Source: Tubulanus polymorphus
Lineage: Eukaryota; Animalia; Nemertea
Direction of reading: 5' to 3'
Assembly (NCBI RefSeq): GCF_964204645.1
Contig: NC_134034.1
Span: 13,343,062 to 13,407,061 of the forward strand
DNA length: 64,000 nucleotides
Notes under the pieces: model-generated
Seen by the model: only the letters and a program-made list of their open reading frames with translations
Databases searched by the model: none
Told to the model about the DNA's origin: nothing
Made by a program: the position numbers and the translations under genes
Shown here: positions 26,601-40,091 of the stretch, in pieces
Layout: each line of letters opens with the position of its first letter
How positions within the stretch are numbered: the first letter of the stretch is position 1

Positions 26601-29553
26601 CAACTGCCAGTCCTTTCCGGTCCTTACGAGACTTTATTTAGGTATGTATAATCGATGAAACTGACACTGAGCTAGGCCTCTCAAGTCAAGTTGAAATAGA
26701 CATTAACTAATAATTGATCTACAGCTGATTCTAGAAAAGATAACTACCCCCCACAAATCCCCATTTACGCAGAAAGAGTGTGCCTAAATATTTTCTGCAA
26801 GTGTAAATAAAATGGCACTATTTCATACGTACTTGGCGAACGCTTTTTCCATCAAAGACGGCCAGAATTCATCGTCGTCCGTCGCTGATTTTGCTCCCCA
26901 GAGTGCGCCGTCGTCGGGTTGAACAGGCAGCTGGTCGTCGACGTAAACGTCGACCCATTCGCCGAAACGCCAGAATTTACAATGAAACACGCCTTTACTC
27001 GAATCATACGCGTTATCGGGAATTATCTGAAAATAACGATTACGATTAACAACATTTTCTTTAGATTAAAAATTTTTTCCGGCCTTATCACTTTCCGAAA
27101 GACGCATTATCACACGTACACTAGGCTAATGGACATTACTGCTAGAATTATTCCCATTTTAATCTGCTCGGACAATCCAATCAATTAGGCCTAACCCAGT
27201 CACATATGTAAGACATATGTAAGACAGAATCTGTGGTGTATTATTCAACTGTGAAAAATCCTACCTGGCTGATAAGATCAGGCATGTCAGCGATAGCGGC
27301 TAGAACAGACAAGTACCAACACGTACCAGCGGCTCCCTGTCCGATATCAAACCTGGTCGTACCCTCGCTAAACAATACCGGATTCTCAACGATCTCCTGC
27401 GAAATAAATAGAAACATCAGTTCAGCCACCAGATGGCGCGGCTAACAGTCTTAATTAAGATGTAAGATGCACTTTTCTACTCGTGTTTGGCTTTGAGAAA
27501 TGTTCATTTGAATTCAGTGGATAAAATAAAGCGTGTTGGACTATCCACAAGTGGAATCATCAATATTGCAACAGTAGTTGATGTCCTACAACTCACAAGC
27601 GACACCTGGTGGGTCCTCACTGTGGAATCCCCTATTGCCTTAGTAGTTCGTGTCCCACAACACACTAGCGACACCTAGTGAATTCTCACCACAAGTGGAA
27701 TCCTCTATTGCATTGCATGTTCATCATTCTAAACATCATACAGAAACCAATCTATCTGCAACTTGATAACTTACCTGAGGGCGTTTCCAGTCCAAGGTTA
27801 CGTCGAGACCTTCCAGCGCGACACTTTTCGTGAAATCGGGATCGTCCCAGAGCGCGTCGTCGGGCACACGCGGAGCCGTCAGTTTCACCGGTTTTTTCGG
27901 TCGCGTGTCCAACACGACCGTTTTCAAACCCGTGTAGCTTTCGATGAACGTGCGATTGTCGTTTTCTTTAATGAGAATCTCGTTCGGAATCTGCAGATTG
28001 ATAAAACGTTTACACGAGTGGTTTTAGTTTCAATAGCTACCTCCTGCGCGGAAGATGATCCCTAACACTTAACCCTTTCAGTCTATCTACACAACCATGC
28101 GGTGTATAAATACGTGATGACTTCTAATACACCGCTTCGCGCGGCGTATTGATGTAATTGGTGATAAGTTTGTATATCTAATGTATGGCAACACAGTTAA
28201 ATATTAGTTAACCCTTTCAGTGCGTCTAGACTGCAGTGTGGTGTATAAATCGGTGATGGATTTTGCTAGTACTAATGTAATTAGTAATCAGATTTTATCT
28301 CTATTGAAAGATGGCAGCACCTGTCAATGATAGTGAAGTACTAGTAACTAACGATACATCGCGCTGCGGTGTAGACGCACTATAGTGGTATTCCCTTTAT
28401 TCAACACACTGGGTTGGGATTTTTCGAAATTTTCAAATTATCTCCAGGGTATTGATTAGTCAGCACTGAAAGGGTTAAGTAACTAACAATACACCGCACT
28501 GTGGTGTAGGTGCACTATAGCGGAATGCCCATTTAGGCCTATATTCCTCATAGAATTCAATAAATTAGAATTCTATTCTATAAATTAGAATTCTATTCTA
28601 TAAAAATATTGAAAGCGACCATAACGCGGTACACAATAGGCTGTAGCCGTACAAGTTCACAGTAAATACCTCTTCTTCGGCGTCTGAGTCATCGGAGGGC
28701 GTGGCTAACTCGTCTTGATTGACAGCGTTCGAGCTGCTGTGATGCGATACCGGTAGATCTAGCGACACGTTCGAAACGTTGTCCGTGTCGATTTCCGGCT
28801 CGATTTTCTCGACGTCCGCCTCCGATTTCAACGACTTGATCTCGTCGCTCAACATCGACTGACGATTCTTCAGTTTAACGCCACCTGGCGGCAGACACGG
28901 CATTACCAATATACCTAGGAAAACGAAGATAACGATAATGCAGACCCTATATGTCTATAGATGAACACCGATTATCTTTATCGTTGATGGACACCACTAT
29001 TTCAATTCGTCATTTAGCCGTATGGCAATCAAAGATTCTACCAGTGGCAAGTGAGCTACACACTAGCACACCTGGTGGATCCTCACCCGCCACAAGTGGA
29101 ATCCTCTATTGCCGCAGTAGTTGATGTCCTACTGTACACTAGTGACACCTGGTGGTTCCTCACCCGCCACAAGTGGAATCCCCTAATGCCGCAGTAGTTG
29201 ATGTCCTACTGTACACTAGTGACACCTGGTGGTTCCTCACCCGCCACAAGTGGAATTCCCTAATGCCGCAGTCGCCTGCTGATTCTGAAACCCCCCAATC
29301 TTCAATAAACTTTACCTCCTTTCGGCGGTCGATATTTATCATCGTCAGCATCATTTTCATCAACATTCCGATCATTTTTTTCCTTATCGTCTTTTCCCTG
29401 GCCGTCCTCCGTAGAACTGATGAGTTTTTCCGCATGTTTGAACGAGTCTTTCTGTTTGAGGGGTGAATCAGCTCGACGCGAGGATGGCGAGGTTTTTTCC
29501 GGTTGTACCTCGCCATTCTGTTGAGACACCTCGGTAGACGTGCCACATCCCAT
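20097..29553 (-). CDS. Atypical calpain: CysPc protease domain plus two CBSW (domain III) repeats, no penta-EF-hand
   Basis: Approximate exons 29553-29316, 28914-28670, 27990-27775, 27397-27265 (QGAAGTCW, catalytic Cys), 27026-26833 (VDDQLP, EFWPSLMEKAFAK), 26036-25860, 25517-25359 (GKHAYS, RIRNPWG), 24943-24770 (DGEFWMS), 24533-24429 (GQW..TAGGC..NPKF), 24079-23890, 23211-23104 (PGSYLVMPTT), 22087-22005, 21628-21512 (GRW..SGG..NPQY), 21041-20958, 20860-20631 (LPAGRYAVV) and 20118-20097 (TGA). Confidence 0.9.
22293..23121. repeat. 36-bp minisatellite, 23 copies, spanning a calpain exon/intron junction
   Basis: Unit acgggtactcacaggaccggtatgatggatgatttt; variant units recur with an 11-unit period. 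Confidence 0.95.
26048..26275. repeat. 31-bp minisatellite (acatcatcttatcagacatcactacacaatg), about 7 copies
   Basis: Direct tandem copies in a calpain intron next to an acceptor site. Confidence 0.9.
26283..26704. mobile_element. Foldback element / MITE with long imperfect inverted arms (about 130 bp)
   Basis: aatgtctatttcaacttgac...gtcaagttgaaatagacatt, with internal mirrored blocks (ggcctagctcagt/actgagctaggcc; actggcagttgaccta/taggtcaactgccagt). A similar terminus occurs at about 55695. Confidence 0.7.
28208..28478. mobile_element. piggyBac-type MITE
   Basis: TTAA-CCCTTTCAGTGC...GCACTGAAAGGG-TTAA; partial copies at about 28069, 56870-56990 and 61833. Confidence 0.75.
29060..29272. repeat. 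About 77-bp tandem repeat (3 copies) with a CTCF-like motif
   Basis: gacacctggtgg repeated at about 77-bp spacing; same family as 27570-27710, 33665-33720 and 41210-41793. Confidence 0.8.
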
Positions 29554-31269
29554 CTTTACGGTCAAATCCAACTAACCCCTGAAAAATAAAAAGAAGTAGG
29601 TCAAATATTTTTGCACTGTCAATCAGGGCGCCTTCACCGGACTTGTATCGAAGGGCTTGCGGCCAGGGTTTGTATCGGCCAGGAAACAACACAAATCCTG
29701 GCAAGCGAGGATGGGAATGGCAGTTTTATGCGTTCGGGGCGTAGGCGCTCTTTTTAAGCCAAAAAAAGCAGGCAATAAAGTTGATTGATAATAAATAGAT
29801 GATTGATGAAATATTTACAGTATTTTTCTATAATTTTCTCCGATTAAAATATCATCCTCGTCCTTCCCGCGCTGCTGCTTCTAATTTCAGTAATCAGTGA
29901 ATCGACGCAGGCGACTAGATAATCCTCAAAATACACATACATCCATATAAATTTGACGGGATTGGATTTTTGACAGCTGCACTTGCCAGTGTATACTTCT
30001 AGACCGGGTAGATGGCGCCAGCGGCCGGTCAGAGGAGATGCATGTAAATGGGTAGCTCCGAGAATATCCATAACTTGAACTTATATTTCTTGCGCCGTAT
30101 ATAACATTTATACATAGGATAAGCCATGCAATAAATTGACAGAACAAAACATTGAAGAATGACATGCAATATCAATGCATTCATCGCGGCAGTGCTCTAC
30201 TTAGACTGGTTGCCTGCCCCATTCAATATTCAATATCTAATTGAAGATAATTGAGATTTTTTGGGGGAGGTTAGGTTTTAGAGTACCATAGTTTAGAAGA
30301 TTAGGGTTCAGAGGTTTATAATCTCTAATTCTTTAGAATCGCATGCTATCCTTTTGCGGATTAATTCATGATATTCAAATCATAGAAACGCGCATGTAGA
30401 ATCGCATGCTATCTTTTTGCGATCGTATGCGATCGTTGCGATCGTATGAATCGCATTTTACGTCAGTGATATTCAATTCATATAATCGTAGAATCGTAGA
30501 ATAGCGTTTCGAAATCATAGAATCGCACATTATTTCCTTAAACTATGAATAGAATCGAAAAGATCGCAAATACTGTGTGATTGTGCTATTCAGAAATACC
30601 GCACCGTTCTCCAATATCCACATCAGGGCATCCGTATCAGCGGATTGATTATTGAATTAAATCGCATTCATTTCTGTTTTTGTAGTAAATAGTAGGTCTG
30701 GTAATATACTGCTTTTTACACCCAAATATACCGAACCACATGGGGAGTCGTATTTGAAATTTTGGGAGTAAACTGTGGGGAAGCTTTGATCATCCAGTTT
30801 CCCTGGTACCGGTACAGTAAAAGCTGCTACACTGCTATTCGAAATGAAGGGAATCATAGAGAGTTGAAATTACATTGTCTGGATTCGAAACTGATATGTT
30901 GACTGGCACCATGAAGTACGTGATCCTCAAAATAACCTGTGACGTTGCCAGAGATGACAGAGCGGGCCGGGTGCTCCTCTTGGTTCTATTCGTTTTTTTG
31001 TTGGTAAGTTTGGGGGGCTTCGCCATTCGGTGGTTCAAATCCGTACTGAAATCGTACAGCACGCCGTGGCCGTTTTCAAAAGAGTTTATGGATGGTGACT
31101 CGTCTAATGGGAGAGAGTTTCAGTTGTTGCCTATTCTGTGAATTGACTTTCGACGTTTCTGTTACTTCACCGGACTTGTATCGATGTCATCTTGTCCTAC
31201 CTCTGTTGTCACATTTAATAGTAACTGGCATCGAAGAATTCCCTCCCGTCATTTGTCTTTCTTCTTCCA

Positions 31270-31520
31270 TGACATCACCAACGCCGCTGCGTCACGATGT
31301 GATGTACTAAGGGACCTCCAATCATCGCGGTCTACAGTTAGTTCCTCTAGGAAAGTTAATGTTTCGCTTGGCGTTAATTTAAAGTCAAGTTCTATATCAA
31401 CAAGGGCTAGGTCTTCACGGATTATCGTGGACTGTGGTCGGCCTTGAGGTTTCTCTGTGACATTTGACATCGACATTTGACTAGTGGTGAAAAAAATAGA
31501 ACCGGATGCGGCCACTAGAC
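31270..31520 (-). mobile_element. Degenerate 3' end of a non-LTR retrotransposon (RTE-like)
   Basis: Translation KPQGRPQSTIIREDL...ELTVDRDDWRSL resembles the GRP...DL...DR..WR C-terminal pattern of RTE-type ORFs. Confidence 0.45.
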
Positions 31521-31570
31521 GGCGTATGTCCCTTGATGAATCAATGAAACAGATTCAAGTAACGTGTATT

Positions 31571-33206
31571 TTATTGCAATTCTTCGGCGAGATCGGAGTA
31601 CCAACTCTCGTTTTTACACGCAGTACAGAAAACATAAAAACACTTAAGCAAACATGTTGTAATTAGATTGCTATACAAATTCGAACTTAAAAGTGGGCGA
31701 CAGAAAGCATCACAGACGTCTAGACAGGGGTCACATGATGTCTTAAAATCATCGGTGTTCGAATAAGCGCCACCAGTGACAATCATCAGAACCAAAACTA
31801 CCAGATACTGAAAATTCAAAGTGTAAAGTTATAAGCGCAGTGTATATTCTGACTAACACACATTACTTCTACAAAAACTCTTTTCACAGAAATTTTGGAA
31901 ATGATGTATAGTTGCAAATATTTGAATGTAGAAATGGATGTTTACGAACCAGGTTGAACTTTAGGCGTCCATTTGGGGGGAGAAGGGTAAGGCCCCCGAA
32001 CACGAGCCGAAAACTGCGTACGCAAATGGCGCAGCGCAGTTTTCAGCTCGTGTGCGGGGGCCTTTAGATAAAAACTACAATTATCAGCTTGATGACGATT
32101 TAGTGACCAGTTCACTTCAATTCATGATCGGGTAATAGATTATCAAACCTTCATTTACTCAGAACCGATAAATTATGTGCCCCGCCGCCTGCAACGTTCT
32201 AGGCGATGAACTACATTTTATTTTATTGTTACTTACACAATTTCGTGAAAACTTCTTGAATTTAAATGCCTTTAGGGACTTCGACGTATTAGAAAATCCA
32301 AGCGGCAAAATATCAAAATAGGTCTAGACATATATATAGACCCCGTACCGAATAGTTCAAATAATATATTGTAAATAAGTTGTTGTTAATAACGTTTCTT
32401 TTGAGATGTTTTATTTTCTGGTTTTTTGTGTGTGTTTTTTCCATATACCATGGAAATGGTTGGAGTGTAATAAACATTCGTATTCGTATTCGTACAGAAA
32501 TTACGGCGACAATGGACAATTCCACAGTTTCCACTGAACGGAGCTTTGTGGACGAAATCTTGATTAGAGACCATCAAAAAAGGCGCCTAGAAACTGGCAT
32601 CTTCACCCGTCAAGGGATTCGAACCCACTACGCTAAAGCTGTGCGCCGAACCCCTTGACCTCACGAGTCGTTGGAGTCGTTACTAGCCGACCAGAATCCG
32701 GTCGTACCAATCACAGCGCTTGTAACAAACCGACAGTAGACTTCCGTTGGTTTTCCCGTTAAATGGACCAATAAGCGAACGTTTTACCGAACAAGGAAGT
32801 ATTTCGCAAATCGATATATGACGTCATGCGCAACAGCGCCAGTAATGAAATCACGCTTCGTGAGGCCAGGGGGCTGGTGGAAGCGAGTTCGGGAGTGATA
32901 CTGGACCCCTGGCAAGCGAGGATGAGAAACTGGAAACTTCTTCATAGAAGATTTCCACACCAGGTGTCGCTAGTGTGTTGTCAAATATTTAATGTATACA
33001 TATTTTGAAACGTTTTCATTCTCTATATTTTGATCACTTTAGTGTTGTTTTGTAAATATTTGAATGTGTAATAGTTTTCCTCCATATACCATGGAAATGG
33101 TTGGAGTCAGTCGTAATCGTAATCGTAAACATCGGGTGACAATAGAAGATTCCACAGTTTAACTAACAAAATAGAACTATTAACAAATTACCTTTGATGA
33201 CAACAT
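31571..33206 (-). CDS. Secreted 8-cysteine peptide precursor, paralog 1 (two coding exons)
   Basis: Exon 1 33206-33192 (MLSSK, donor gtaatt); exon 2 31807-31571 after ttttcag: YLVVLVLMIVTGGAYS-NTDDFKTSCDPCLDVCDAFCRPLLSSNLYSNLITTCLLKCFYVFCTACKNESWYSDLAEELQ*. AATAAA overlaps the stop codon. Confidence 0.82.
32070..32494 (+). mobile_element. LINE 3' fragment with an (ATTCGT)n tail
   Basis: Similar to 39170-39615; ends ggagtgtaataaacattcgtattcgtattcgta. Confidence 0.65.
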
Positions 33207-36200
33207 GTTTTTCCGATTCTGTAGATTTCGAATACCTCGCGTTTGTGAAGTCGATGAAACGTGTTATACTGCACGAATAGATAGTGGATTCAATGGTCAG
33301 GGAAGTCATATTTCATCATCAAACTGTTGAAAGTGGCGCAGGTGTTTGTTCCCTCTCTACCACTTAGACGACTGTCAAATAATATCGCGTTACACTGGTA
33401 TTTGCCAGCTGTAAAAAAATATTTAATGATTTTTCACTCCCTTTTTCTCTTAACATTAGAATGGAATTGAATCAAATATATATACGTATATCATTTTGCT
33501 CTGCGAAAATAGAGATGCTTTTAAACTTCGGATTGAATTTGAATAAACCAAACATCATCACAGGATCCACCAAATTCATTTTTCTACTCACAGATATCGG
33601 TAACGTAGAAAGAATTTATACAATTATTTTCATGGAAATGTAGAGGAAATCGAGCCGCGTAACTACTAGCGAACCTGGTGGATCCCCACCTGCCATGAGT
33701 GGAATCCTCGATTGCCACAGGAGTTCGCTGGTTCCCCATTAAGTGTACATTGCATTAACAATGCAATTCAATGAATACTTTATTGATCGTAGAAACAACA
33801 CAACATCAGACTTACGACATCAGACTTACAACGATTAAGTGAACAAATTACAAAATCACAAAAGAGAGCGAAAAGAAGAAAAAAAGAATTTAAGTCGGAA
33901 AAGATGAAGTTTCTCCGCAGCGGCCGGGTCATTTTTGAAAAATATGATAAAATTTGTAAACAGTTCATTTCTATAGCGGCCTGGTCTGTTATGGTAAAAT
34001 TGATCACGATTTTAAAAATAGTAATGTATAGGGCCTAGATAGGCGGCCGGCCGGGTCAACTTAAAAGCTCAGCAGAGCCGAGAAACAAGGTATCATTTTT
34101 TTGCCTTAGGAAACGTTTTTTGTGTGTCACCACCTATGTGAGACATAACGAATGTGATTTTCTCCTCGCCTGAAACGTTGAGGAAGTTCCTGAATTTTGA
34201 AATATTAAAAACAGTCTGCGCAATAATGTTTTTCGTGTGCCGCACATTCCAGGACAAAGTGGAATTCTGACTCTATTTTCTCGAATTGGCACATCTGATA
34301 TTTCCTTTTTCTGTGGAGGGGAAGGGGGAGGGGGGTGGTGGTATTCCGGTTGTAGATGTCGACCTGTCTCAATACGCAGCGAGTGGACACAAGTTACGCG
34401 TCATTCTGAGAAGACCCTACGGGTGGTAGAGTGGAGAAGCAATATATGCAGTTGTAAAAAGATCGACTCAAGATTGTCCGGAATACAAACTGTTCTCATC
34501 GATGCCAAGAAACAAGTAATATATATTTTGATTGTACAACAAGCATTTTTTATAATCTAGACTTATGATATTAACTTCACAATTGCAGGGCACAATACCG
34601 AACCGTAGCCCAGCACGCAAAGGATATTCAAATATATACAAATACAAATATATATACAAAATTTGTTGTCATAAAACAAGAGATGTTAAAATGATAATCA
34701 AAATAAAGCTAGGACAATTTACTAATTAACGCTGTTCATTGACATTATTTTTATTAGAAGACTATGATTTTAGCCACTTGCATTGTCTGAATTAAGATAT
34801 CAACAATGATATCAGGGACTTAAGTTTATAGCTGTTTTACATTCATGTAAATTGTACCAATCACATTTTATTCACCAAAGTACCCCTAAAACAATCAATA
34901 ATTATAACAGTGACTGGGTGCACTAGTTTTGACAAAGGACGGTTGATCTCTCATCATTTATTCAAAGCATTCTGTCCTATCAGTTATTTTTTCAGTGTGT
35001 TCGTTTTTGTTTAGGTTTATGATTATTTTTTTGTTTATTATTAACTGAGCTGATAGAATGCTTCAAAAATAACAAACAGAAAAGATCACAAGTTGTTGGC
35101 ACTCGGAGAAGGTTATTCTATGAATGAAGAACCTTAAGATAGAACTCTTAGGTGAAAATCAATATAATTCAACTCATTGGTCAAATCCATCATGTCATAC
35201 AAATTCCCTAATATGGGCCTCTGAAAATATCAAAGCCATGAGAATAGTTCATCTACAGTTCTGTAAATACTTGCAGAATACCACCTAACGTTATGGTCCC
35301 ATCTTGAACTCTGGTGGTAAACGTTATGAAATACTATCTGCTATCAAATTTTTGGTGCAACTTTTAAGGCGCACCAGACTGGTCAGTCGTCCATAAAAAT
35401 CTTAAGATACATTTAAATGATGTCCAATCGCAGATATTGGAATTTCAAAAAAGCGTAGCATGCACAGAACTGTAGGTGCGGCCCCATACTTTTTGGCCGA
35501 GTCATCCTTTTTAAAACATCATTAAAAAAGAATATTACGCATATCAACTTTTTATTGCGTCTAAAGTCTAAAGTTCATTAAAATCTAAAAATTTATGTCG
35601 ACATATTTTCACACACAACTTTTAAAAAATCTGGCTACTTAAGCGTTTAGGCTATAAAGCAAATTATTTTCACGCCAAAGAAGTATAAAATGAATCACTA
35701 TTTCTAAGATTGATTAATAGAAGACTAAAAGACCTCCGATCATGGCAGGCTGATATAGAGAACAGGTTTATATGTCAATATTATCATAAATCATTCAAAG
35801 CTATGCTTAACTAAGTATGAAAATTAACTGAACTTAAGTTCACAATATCATGTTGATATCATATCTCAGATAAGACGTAACTCAACTGACCTATGAGTTG
35901 AAACTAGGCAGTGGACGCGACCAGTTAAACAGCGTCACCAACCTAACTTAAACTAAACAAAATCATGCAGCGTAGATTTTATGAGACTCTAAGAAGGAAC
36001 TTTTAATCAGATTTCATAACAGAATGACTCCTCTATTTTCAAATTCAAAAGTCTCATTAAAAAAAAAGTTGACCCAATCAATTTAAAGTATAACGATACG
36101 ATTTTATCGATATATTCAAACGTGAATAGTTCCTTCTCAGGCCGCAGAACCTAATTATCCTAACTTCAATTTCATTAAATGATTCATACTCTGTTTTACC

Positions 36201-36939
36201 ACTACTAGTAGACTGTTATCTGGTAGATTTTGTGAACTAAATTTCTGACTAGACCAGTTTGTACAAGTGTAATGTGTAAAAATAAATCAACACTTTACTA
36301 TACTTGAAGGGTAGTATATGTCTCTGCTGCTCCTCAAGTGTTTAAAAGATGCACTAGCTGCTCCTGAGTCAGTGTTTATAAGATTAACTTATATCTTTGC
36401 TCCTCCGGAATCAGTGTTTATACGATATATCATTGTCTCCGCTGCTCCTGGATCTAGTGTTTTTAAGATGCGCTATTGTCCATGTTGCTCCTCAAGAGTT
36501 GTCGGATCCACTACTGCTGCTCCTGAATCAGTGTTGGTAGAAATCCACCATCATTTGTTGAAGAAATCCATCGTTAGGTGATAACTCACTGCTGCTGCTG
36601 CTGGCTCCACAACTTCTCATCTGGGCGTCTGCAGTTTTCATCGGCATCAGTGGTCATCTACTTCTGGTTGTCATTTACCAATCGAAGACCAAGCTGGAGT
36701 CTTCCGTGGTCACTTCTAGTCGGTAGGATCTAGATGGCTAATGTATCTGATGCTGGGCCTGTTCAGATTAAGTTTAGCTGAAACGAGTAAAAGAAACAAC
36801 ATTCTGTAGTCAAACAATTCTTTGACTAATTGTATTTTACATGTGTATCAACTTAGCTTTCTTAAGATTGCCGAGTTCAGTATTCTTGTTGTAGCATTCT
36901 TCCTTCGTCATCTTCTGTCCTGTCTTCTGGGGAGTCCTG

Positions 36940-37790
36940 AAATGAAAAAAAAGAACAGAGATGAAAACCTGGAACGGAACAAAACTAATGTCCGAAAGCG
37001 TCAGCTCTCCTTCGCTGGTCATGTGTGGAGGATGCCAGGAAAAGAGTCAGTCAGGATTTCGCTGCCCTCTACACGCCCTCACACAGAACGCAAAAACCTG
37101 GACGACAACTGCGTCGTTTACCATCAAACTACAGAATGTACTGAGCGACGTCAGTAACCGACAAACCTGTCCGACTGCTTGAGACAAAAACAGCGCAATA
37201 CAACCAGACTGCCCGAATTGAGATTCAGGATCTCAACTAGCACTCAAAAGCGTGACAAGAGACTTCATCCACTGACCGAGGTTGTCACAAGGACACAATG
37301 AAACTAGCACTCACAAGCCGACGAGAGACTTCATCCACTGACCGGGGTTGTCACAAGGACACAATGAAAACTAGCACTCAAACTAGAAATCAAAGAGCGT
37401 GACAGTAGAATCATCCCTCAGCCGACTCAGAATACCAGAAACAAAGAGCGTGACAGTAGAATCATCCCTCATCCGGGCGGTCACAAGGACACAATGAATG
37501 CTAGTAGCGTGACAATCCAGTATAACCGCTCCATTTTTAACGCAAGCAAACCGACAGATATGAAAGTCACTGACGTCGCCCAGCAAACTCTGCAGTGAGA
37601 TGATGAAATTGAAGCAGTCGTTGTCCTGGTTTTCGCGTTCTGTGTGAGGGCGTGTAGAGGGCAGCATTTCCTGACCGACTCTTTTCCTGGCATTCTCCGC
37701 ACATGACCAGCGGGGAGCTGACGCTTTCGGACATTTGTTTTGTTCCATAGAACATTGAAAATCGACAGAGAAATCGGCCCTGAAAAAAAG
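36940..37790. mobile_element. Inverted pair of degenerate RTE-like LINE 3' fragments flanking short tandem repeats
   Basis: 36970-37165 (+) and 37555-37750 (-) are homologous (aatgtccgaaagcgtcagctc...). Translation RKRQLSFAGHVWRM resembles the RRLRWAGHxxR motif. Confidence 0.55.
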
Positions 37791-38419
37791 AAGGAATTAG
37801 ACGCTGAAAAATAGAACGGATTAATAAACACAGAACAGTACAGGACAGTACGGAGACGAACAGTAACACATAAAACATAAAGACGTCGTTCCTCATGAAG
37901 GAACCAGTTTGTAGAGCGCAGCATAATCGCGAAGAAGAACGCCAGGAGGAGAATCCACGTCAGCATAGTGTCTGCACGGTGTGAAGAGCCTGAGGTGAAT
38001 GACTGGCTTAGCGATTCTACTAACTGTCGATCGGTGGCGTATTTCAATATCGACCAATAGGCAGCCGCGCTTTTGTCTCTTATCGTGAATGGGTTTACTA
38101 TTGAAGTTTGTTGAACGGTTCCGCTGTTACACACGCGGGGCAAACGCGACGTCACCTGTATACATCCAGCGTATAGACCGGGCTCGGGTACCATTCATAT
38201 TGATCTATAGAAATATCTCAACTGAACATTCCGATTGTCGAAGTTACCGCATGATAAAACACTGACGCGACGTCACCTCTGATGTACACCAGAGGCTATG
38301 CGATACCGGTAATTGTATGGAATTCCTGGAGGGACATGCTAGTTCCGTGTTAGACTGGTTGCCTGTAGACTGGTTTAAACTATTCAAATCCAATTTTTTT
38401 TTAGAACTACGTGGTAACT

Positions 38420-39616
38420 AATTGCTATAATCGTAGAAAAGAATTTTCAGAATTAAGAGTCAGTAATCACAAGTTACGAATTGAAACGGATGGTCATAAA
38501 AAAACCAAAATCCCGATAGTAAATGCATCCTCTGCAAAAATGGAGATAGTTGAGGATTGCGCATCTCGGAGTGAAATTCAACTTGAATGGTAGTTTCGCT
38601 AAAGCAATAAAATTTCTCTATGATAAAGCTATGAAAGCTATATATTCTTTTATCCAAAAGGGCAGACGTTTGAAACTTCCAGTATATGTAATTTTTAAAT
38701 TATTTGACATGTGTGTTGCTCTTATCGCGTTGTACGGTAACGGGATATGAAAACCTTGGTTTAATAGAAAACCTCCATTGCTTATTTTGAAAAATTATCA
38801 ATGAAAGTTACGAAATATTCTCATAACCTACAAGTATTAGCGGAGTTAGGACGTTATCCTATGTATATAAGCGTAAAGCGCAGAATGATTAATTTTTAGG
38901 TTAAAACGATTTCGTGCAAACAAACTAAACTTAGTTCAATTCTCTATAAGATATTATGTAATTTATATCTGAATGATAGGTTTAAGAGCCCCTGGCTGTT
39001 ATTTATTAAGTATATTTTTGATGACTGTGGCCTTTCGTATATCTGGTAAACTCTAAGACTTCTCCAAAACAATTACATCGTAATCTCCGTGACCAGCATG
39101 TGCAAGAGACGGAATTAAGACTAAATGATAACCCGTTATACATTAATTTTTGACAATATAAGAAGGATTTTAGATTTGAAAACTATATAAATCGGCTTGA
39201 TGACGACTTACTGACCAGCTTATTCCAGTTCAGGATTGGGTCTTATCTCTTACCTGTAAATGAATTGTCAAATCTCCATCTTCCCAGAATCGATAGATTA
39301 TGCCCCCACCTGTAACGTTTTAGGTGACGTACCACATTTCATTTTTGACTGTAAATTATTTACCGTATTCCGTAAAAACCACTCGAATTCAAATACCTTT
39401 CGGAACCTTGAACTTTGAACGGGCTAAATTTATCAAATTAGGTCTAGATGTATATAGAAACCCGGTAGTATGTAGATAGTATGTTGTAAATAACGTTTGT
39501 TATTTCTTAAAATACTTTTATTTCCTGTTTTTGTAAATAATTGTAAATACTGTTGTTTTCCTCCATATACCATGGGAATGGTTGGAGTGTAATAAATATT
39601 GGTATTCGTGTTCGTA
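38420..39616 (+). mobile_element. Decayed non-LTR retrotransposon (LINE), 3' region of the RT ORF
   Basis: Frameshifted remnants (LRVSNHKLRIET; HLGVKF..GSF..AI..LYDKAMKAIY; KLFDMCV..IALYG; ELGRYPMYI) and an AATAAA plus (ATTCGT)-like tail. Confidence 0.75.
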
Positions 39617-40091
39617 GGGGATGTGAATCATAGCGACAATAGAAGATCCACATCAGGGAACTATTACGAGTTACGTGAAGATTAACTCCGATTCGAATAT
39701 ATCACATCAGCTCAATATATCATAATATGTAGAGACACGGGGAGAGAATTTGTTAACACTTATCCGTCACAGCTGCCCAATTTCAATGCAATGTGATATA
39801 TTTTAACAGAGGGATAAAACCACTTGAATTGCCTGCATAATTTCAGCAGTTCGATCGAATATGAAAACCTCTTCTCGTTCTCGATGACTTCAACAATTCA
39901 GCATAATCATGATTAGTTAGTGATGATGATGACCTTACCATTTTCAATGACTCAACGATTCAATATATAATATGTATATTATAGTTACTAATGACGACCT
40001 TTTCATTCTCAGTCACGTTAACGATTCAGTAAAATTGTGATATGTTACTTATGGCGACTTCTTATTCTCGATGACTTCAGCGATTCGAGAA

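Noticed and set aside
31571-31807. Assignment of the 8-Cys peptides to nemertean neurotoxin B or parborlysin/cytolysin families
   Set aside because: Cys spacing, length and acidic charge do not match those families as I recall them; left unassigned pending a search.
32600-32665. tRNA-like box B (GGTTCGAATCCC on the minus strand)
   Set aside because: No convincing cloverleaf; at most a SINE-head relic.
37481-38194. 237-aa minus-strand ORF
   Set aside because: Runs through LINE-derived inverted repeats and low-complexity sequence; no recognisable domain.
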